Shown in pieces: positions 62,401 through 64,000 of a stretch of DNA of 64,000 nucleotides. Source of the stretch: Squalus acanthias. Lineage: Eukaryota. Each line of letters starts with the position of its first letter. The stretch's first letter is position 1. The stretch is taken from contig CM059427.1 of the NCBI GenBank assembly GCA_030390025.1, positions 20,088,001 through 20,152,000 on the forward strand, written 5' to 3'. Both the position numbers and the translations under genes were made by a program. The notes below the pieces were generated by a model. The model had not been told where the DNA came from. It did no database searches and saw nothing but the letters and a program-made list of their open reading frames with translations.

Positions 62401-63905
62401 AGTTCCTATAGCTACAAGCTGGAAAAAAGATGGCAAACATGTCAAAGAAGACGATAATGTAAAAATCTCCTTTGAAAACAATATTGCCACATTACAGATT
62501 ATTAAGGCTGAAGAAAATCACAGTGGAAATTACATATGTCAGGCAAAGAATGATGCGGGAACTGCAAAATGCTTTGCTACATTGGCCATAATGGGTTAGT
62601 AGGAAGTAATAAGCACAAGTATTGTCCACAAATTATTGATCTATGTCTCATAATATTTACTTTTCCACAGTAATATTATTTTAATGTTTTTAAATTAATT
62701 CTGTGATCATCAAGGTGAGGAATGTAATAGTTCGCAGTGGGAACATTTTCCATGTCGAGCTGCCATTGTCAGGAACAAACAGTCAGTGTGCCACAGTTAA
62801 ATGCAGGATATAGCTCCCTGTACTCTATCCCCAAAATATGCCTCTGGCAAATCCTCAGAAGAGCATTTCCTCTGTATCTGTGTGACATTTTTTCAATTTC
62901 CCCCAACATCTATTTTGTGAGGTCCCTGAATTAGATTGTTAACTTAATGCCCAGTTAGGGACGGTTTAGTGCCATTGGGAGCTGGATTGAGACTGCCCAA
63001 ACTCATTTCACACGGAACACTTACAACAAGCATGCAGAAGAGACTTTGATTGCAGCAGTCTTGACTGGATTTGAACTCAAGTCCATGAGGTATCAAACCC
63101 ATTGTGCAGTCTGTTTCCCCCCAAATCTATTATCTTAAAATAGCAATCCGAGCATAAATATTGCATCGTTTTCCTGATGTAAATGATCTAATTTTTCCCA
63201 CAGAACCTGCGAATATCATAGAAAAAACTGAGCCACTCACAGTGACTTCAGGAAACCCAGCCATTTTGGAATGTACTGTAGCTGGTACACCAGAATTAAA
63301 AGTTGCATGGTTCAAAAGTGGAAAGCAACTGGAATCAAGTAGAAAATATAAGATGAGTTTTGTGAATAAAGTGGCCAGTCTAAAAATTCTGGCTGTTGGA
63401 ATGGATGACAGTGGTGACTATACTTTTAAGGTCCAGAATGAGTTTGGAGCCAACAGCTGCAATGTTTCTTTGACAGTGTTAGGTCAGTGATTAATTTGTG
63501 TTGATGGCATCGATTTCATAAAGCATTTCTTTTAAAACCAAAGCTTATCACAAAGTTTAAAATAATTGACACTTTTTTATTGATGTTTTGTGATTTTTTT
63601 CCCTTTATATTGGACAGAACAAATAATTGCTCCATTGTTTACAAGAAAACTAAAGGAAATGGGCAGTATTTTAGGATCTGTTGTACGAATGGAATGCAAA
63701 GTTTCTGGTTCTATTCCAATGACCGTTACTTGGTATAAAGCAGACAGTGAAATATCAGCTAGTAACAAATACAAGATGTCATTTCAAGACAACATGCTGT
63801 CTTTAGAGGTCAATGAGTTAGACTTTTCAGATGGTGGAATTTACACTTGCAAAGCAGCAAATTCAGCAGGAAAGGATGAATGCAGTGCTGTCTTAAGTGT
63901 AAAAG
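1575..63905 (+). CDS. TTN: Titin/connectin, partial multi-exon gene (I-band: Novex-2 to tandem-Ig region); extends beyond both window edges
   Basis: About 50 phase-1 exons encoding I-set Ig domains (PP.F...W.K....D.G.Y.C.A.N..G), plus recognisable Novex-2, Novex-3 and N2B peptides in the human TTN order. Confidence 0.97.
2759..3274 (+). CDS. TTN: TTN additional exon: K/T/S/P-rich linker plus 1 Ig
   Basis: ttgcatag|CT acceptor, G|gttggc donor, 516 nt, open and phase 1-1, complete I-set Ig (PAFLERLP...HTGTYTCKAVNSAG). Confidence 0.8.
3713..3769 (+). CDS. TTN: TTN 57-nt exon (human exon 47 homologue)
   Basis: ttcattcag|CC ... G|gtaaca; encodes VEKKIQDKIEQQIEMEVR, like the human IEQEIEMEMK preceding Novex-3/N2B. 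Confidence 0.9.
5049..10898 (+). CDS. TTN: TTN Novex-3 part 1 (Ig, expanded unique/repeat region, Ig)
   Basis: T-rich tract+gcag|AG; ELFF..RDAFSD..SSWSENFRPSFTEKL..AINSEGSAESTASLLV matches the Novex-3 start; donor G|gtaaga. Confidence 0.92.
7655..10143 (+). repeat. Coding tandem repeat: 4 copies of a 621-bp (207-aa) unit; copy 2 is 606 bp
   Basis: AKDFTSILRPS starts at 7691, 8312, 8918 and 9539 (spacing 621/606/621); copies nearly identical in DNA. Confidence 0.97.
11011..14531 (+). CDS. TTN: TTN Novex-3 part 2, terminal exon (4 Ig, stop TAA)
   Basis: cattttccag|AG phase 1; ITSMEVEEVTF, ALPPPVTHQHVIEFD and PSPQEILLEVEL are Novex-3 hallmarks; in-frame stop at 14529-14531. Confidence 0.92.
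11889..12127 (+). repeat. Degenerate coding repeat, 3 x ~26 aa
   Basis: SVTSTADELSSK / SVTSFSDQFLSN / SVTSFVDEFSSK at 78-nt spacing. Confidence 0.75.
14569..14574 (+). terminator. Polyadenylation signal of the Novex-3 isoform
   Basis: AATAAA 38 nt after the stop, followed by a GT/T-rich downstream element near 14585-14600. Confidence 0.7.
17098..18775 (+). mobile_element. 5'-truncated CR1-clade LINE (ORF2 reverse transcriptase plus 3' UTR and microsatellite tail), inactive
   Basis: Motifs KSPGPD..HPRVLKE, LDFQKAFDKVPH, GVPQGSVLGP, KFADDTKLG; tail ttctatgt repeats; YRPVS missing after KAGN; frameshift near 18380. Confidence 0.95.
21335..21672 (-). mobile_element. Degraded SINE-like relic
   Basis: GC-richer island resembling the 35265-35668 element (actcagcataaat / actcagcacaaat), tRNA-like end on the minus strand. 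Confidence 0.35.
22580..26856 (+). CDS. TTN: TTN cardiac N2B exon (2 Ig, unique sequence, Ig); 1-nt frameshift at ~24120-24156 as assembled
   Basis: ttatgcag|AA; EFSSS, YKFVYDRDEYSLII, PPHFFKELK, AARIQEGQSVRFPL and HQGEYVCEALN match human N2B; donor G|gttgga; length 4277 is not a multiple of 3. Confidence 0.92.
27267..27346. repeat. Perfect 19-bp minisatellite, about 4.2 copies
   Basis: (cttaatgctatgtttaaaa)x4 + ctta. Confidence 0.95.
27889..28167 (+). CDS. TTN: TTN exon 50 homologue (1 Ig)
   Basis: ctgtag|TG..G|gtaagt, 279 nt; PAFKRKIESLEV..VRFQWF..DCGEYTCRASN. Confidence 0.92.
28481..29257. mobile_element. Non-autonomous DNA transposon (MITE-like)
   Basis: Imperfect TIRs ggcctcagaatttgcggt / actgcaatttctgggcc, AAT on both flanks (3-bp TSD), GC arms around an AT core. 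Confidence 0.7.
29726..30289 (+). CDS. TTN: TTN exon 51 homologue (2 Ig)
   Basis: ttgtag|AA..G|gtaagg, 564 nt; TTFVGK..DKPYF..HLECQVDED. Confidence 0.92.
30388..31209. mobile_element. MITE-like element
   Basis: Perfect 12-bp TIR gggctggatttt / aaaatccagccc; no ORF of note. Confidence 0.7.
31899..32631 (+). mobile_element. MITE-like element (same family as 43436-44126, opposite orientation)
   Basis: TIR ggcccgtattttccgatc / gatcaggaaatacgggcc; internal palindrome gatctgtcaaga..tcttgacagatc; strand is arbitrary. Confidence 0.75.
33114..33395 (+). CDS. TTN: TTN Ig exon, super-repeat 1 position A
   Basis: AG/GT, 282 nt, phase 1, I-set Ig. Confidence 0.9.
33524..33802 (+). CDS. TTN: TTN Ig exon SR1-B
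   Basis: AG/GT, 279 nt, I-set Ig. Confidence 0.9.
33942..34220 (+). CDS. TTN: TTN Ig exon SR1-C
   Basis: AG/GT, 279 nt, I-set Ig. Confidence 0.9.
34331..34609 (+). CDS. TTN: TTN Ig exon SR1-D
   Basis: AG/GT, 279 nt, EPA.I.EK start. Confidence 0.9.
34725..35012 (+). CDS. TTN: TTN Ig exon SR1-E
   Basis: ttggacag acceptor, 288 nt, DR.IAP linker. Confidence 0.9.
35265..35668 (-). mobile_element. Degraded tRNA-derived SINE-like element
   Basis: Minus strand begins gggctcccctgatggctcag (A-box-like) with ggttcaatt (B-box-like) downstream. Confidence 0.45.
35879..36157 (+). CDS. TTN: TTN Ig exon SR1-F
   Basis: AG/GT, 279 nt, PGSTVKF..GTPP. Confidence 0.9.
36363..36644 (+). CDS. TTN: TTN Ig exon SR2-A
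   Basis: AG/GT, 282 nt, I-set Ig. Confidence 0.9.
36779..37057 (+). CDS. TTN: TTN Ig exon SR2-B
   Basis: AG/GT, 279 nt. Confidence 0.9.
37189..37467 (+). CDS. TTN: TTN Ig exon SR2-C
   Basis: AG/GT, 279 nt. Confidence 0.9.
37634..38362. mobile_element. MITE-like element
   Basis: Imperfect TIR ggggctagaaattgctgg / ccagcaatttctgaacc. Confidence 0.6.
38679..39072. mobile_element. Tc1/mariner-pogo type MITE
   Basis: Perfect 24-bp TIR caggaaactttcgtttatccggca, TA duplication on both sides. Confidence 0.88.
39227..39505 (+). CDS. TTN: TTN Ig exon SR2-D
   Basis: AG/GT, 279 nt. Confidence 0.9.
39616..39903 (+). CDS. TTN: TTN Ig exon SR2-E
   Basis: AG/GT, 288 nt. Confidence 0.9.
40166..40444 (+). 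CDS. TTN: TTN Ig exon SR2-F
   Basis: AG/GT, 279 nt. Confidence 0.9.
41231..41562. mobile_element. Older relative of the 38679 pogo-type MITE
   Basis: TA|caagaaactc..ggcacc / ggtgccggatactaaagagtttcctg|TA; shared internal ttgttaaaaatagcctcggtagata. Confidence 0.8.
41949..42307 (-). mobile_element. CR1 LINE 3' fragment
   Basis: Minus-strand MFPLVGESRTRGHNLRIRG..NFFSQRVVNFWNSLP matches the ORF2 C-terminus at 18435; (acataaga)n tail. Confidence 0.92.
43436..44126 (-). mobile_element. MITE-like element, inverted relative of 31899-32631
   Basis: Reverse complement matches 31899-32631 along both arms (e.g. ggtttcaggcatg..gcgcatgcgctgaaa); ggccc-type termini. Confidence 0.75.
44432..44672. repeat. 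Low-complexity CT-rich tract
   Basis: Degenerate ctctct/accc repeats, almost no G. Confidence 0.7.
46123..46404 (+). CDS. TTN: TTN Ig exon SR3-A
   Basis: AG/GT, 282 nt. Confidence 0.9.
46516..46794 (+). CDS. TTN: TTN Ig exon SR3-B
   Basis: AG/GT, 279 nt. Confidence 0.9.
46951..47229 (+). CDS. TTN: TTN Ig exon SR3-C
   Basis: AG/GT, 279 nt. Confidence 0.9.
47332..47610 (+). CDS. TTN: TTN Ig exon SR3-D
   Basis: AG/GT, 279 nt. Confidence 0.9.
47909..48545. mobile_element. Degraded MITE-like element
   Basis: gggtggattttaact / agctaaaatctctcc termini; GC-rich island in an AT-rich intron. Confidence 0.55.
48594..48881 (+). CDS. TTN: TTN Ig exon SR3-E
   Basis: AG/GT, 288 nt. Confidence 0.9.
49144..49422 (+). 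CDS. TTN: TTN Ig exon SR3-F
   Basis: AG/GT, 279 nt. Confidence 0.9.
49634..49915 (+). CDS. TTN: TTN Ig exon SR4-A
   Basis: AG/GT, 282 nt. Confidence 0.9.
50000..50278 (+). CDS. TTN: TTN Ig exon SR4-B
   Basis: AG/GT, 279 nt. Confidence 0.9.
50450..50728 (+). CDS. TTN: TTN Ig exon SR4-C
   Basis: AG/GT, 279 nt. Confidence 0.9.
50873..51151 (+). CDS. TTN: TTN Ig exon SR4-D
   Basis: AG/GT, 279 nt; core Trp replaced by Cys (VKCFKD). Confidence 0.88.
51500..51787 (+). CDS. TTN: TTN Ig exon SR4-E
   Basis: AG/GT, 288 nt. Confidence 0.9.
52041..52319 (+). CDS. TTN: TTN Ig exon SR4-F
   Basis: AG/GT, 279 nt. Confidence 0.9.
52589..52870 (+). CDS. TTN: TTN Ig exon SR5-A
   Basis: AG/GT, 282 nt. Confidence 0.9.
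53130..53771. mobile_element. Degraded MITE-like element (duplicated at ~60893-61535)
   Basis: ggaccgattttaa / tttaaagttcccc termini; GC-rich island resembling the 47909 element. Confidence 0.5.
54097..54375 (+). CDS. TTN: TTN Ig exon SR5-B
   Basis: AG/GT, 279 nt. Confidence 0.9.
54553..54831 (+). CDS. TTN: TTN Ig exon SR5-C
   Basis: AG/GT, 279 nt. Confidence 0.9.
55441..55719 (+). CDS. TTN: TTN Ig exon SR5-D
   Basis: AG/GT, 279 nt. Confidence 0.9.
55855..56142 (+). CDS. TTN: TTN Ig exon SR5-E
   Basis: AG/GT, 288 nt. Confidence 0.9.
56412..56690 (+). CDS. TTN: TTN Ig exon SR5-F
   Basis: AG/GT, 279 nt. Confidence 0.9.
57333..57614 (+). CDS. TTN: TTN Ig exon SR6-A
   Basis: AG/GT, 282 nt. 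Confidence 0.9.
57735..58013 (+). CDS. TTN: TTN Ig exon SR6-B (chimeric)
   Basis: AG/GT, 279 nt, in frame (EPPSFRRKLQSAEIVTTSDFTLECEV...). Confidence 0.88.
58214..58492 (+). CDS. TTN: TTN Ig exon SR6-C (duplicate of SR4-C)
   Basis: AG/GT, 279 nt. Confidence 0.88.
58637..58915 (+). CDS. TTN: TTN Ig exon SR6-D (duplicate of SR4-D)
   Basis: AG/GT, 279 nt. Confidence 0.88.
59264..59551 (+). CDS. TTN: TTN Ig exon SR6-E (duplicate of SR4-E)
   Basis: AG/GT, 288 nt. Confidence 0.88.
59804..60082 (+). CDS. TTN: TTN Ig exon SR6-F (duplicate of SR4-F)
   Basis: AG/GT, 279 nt. Confidence 0.88.
60353..60634 (+). CDS. TTN: TTN Ig exon SR7-A (duplicate of SR5-A)
   Basis: AG/GT, 282 nt. Confidence 0.88.
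61860..62138 (+). CDS. TTN: TTN Ig exon SR7-B (duplicate of SR5-B)
   Basis: AG/GT, 279 nt. Confidence 0.88.
62316..62594 (+). CDS. TTN: TTN Ig exon SR7-C (duplicate of SR5-C)
   Basis: AG/GT, 279 nt. Confidence 0.88.
63204..63482 (+). CDS. TTN: TTN Ig exon SR7-D (duplicate of SR5-D)
   Basis: AG/GT, 279 nt. Confidence 0.88.
63618..63905 (+). CDS. TTN: TTN Ig exon SR7-E (duplicate of SR5-E)
   Basis: AG/GT, 288 nt. Confidence 0.88.
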
Positions 63906-64000
63906 GTTTGAGACATTGCTTTGCTACATTTCTTTCTCATCAGTACTATAAGCAAATACTTATTTTCTTCATTTATATTTTTTGTTTGCTACAATAGTGA

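Larger units (their letters stand above)
50433..64000 (+). repeat. Near-identical tandem segmental duplication, period ~7763-7764 bp (50433-56237 matches 58197-64000)
   Basis: Exon starts 50450/58214, 52589/60353 and 55855/63618; introns and an embedded TE are also nearly identical. Confidence 0.96.

Noticed and set aside
5548-63774. Many minus-strand ORFs overlapping exons (e.g. 8824-9243, 9445-9864, 50808-51104)
   Set aside because: Antisense shadows of titin codons; they recur only because the sense repeats recur, and show no recognisable domains
33149-63997. Hydrophobic N- and C-terminal extensions of the Ig ORFs that look like signal or transmembrane segments
   Set aside because: Translated T-rich intron sequence outside the AG/GT boundaries

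Overview
Eukaryotic (vertebrate) genomic DNA. The CR1 LINEs and the repeat landscape suggest a cartilaginous fish, but that is an inference. The whole window lies inside one + strand gene, titin/connectin (TTN), I-band region. In order: a Novex-2-like exon carrying two Ig domains; an additional unique-sequence+Ig exon; the 57-nt exon-47 homologue; a very large Novex-3 terminal module, split by a 112-nt intron, containing a 4x207-aa near-identical coding tandem repeat and ending in its own stop and AATAAA; the cardiac N2B exon, enlarged and carrying a 1-nt frameshift as assembled; exon 50 and 51 homologues; and 41 single-Ig exons in a strict six-exon super-repeat (282/279/279/279/288/279 nt). 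The last part of that array is a near-identical ~7.76-kb tandem duplication that includes introns. Introns hold CR1 LINE fragments, several TIR/MITE-like elements and SINE-like relics. Exon boundaries were read by hand from AG/GT sites and frame. Human exon and domain correspondences are from recalled titin sequence, not a database search.
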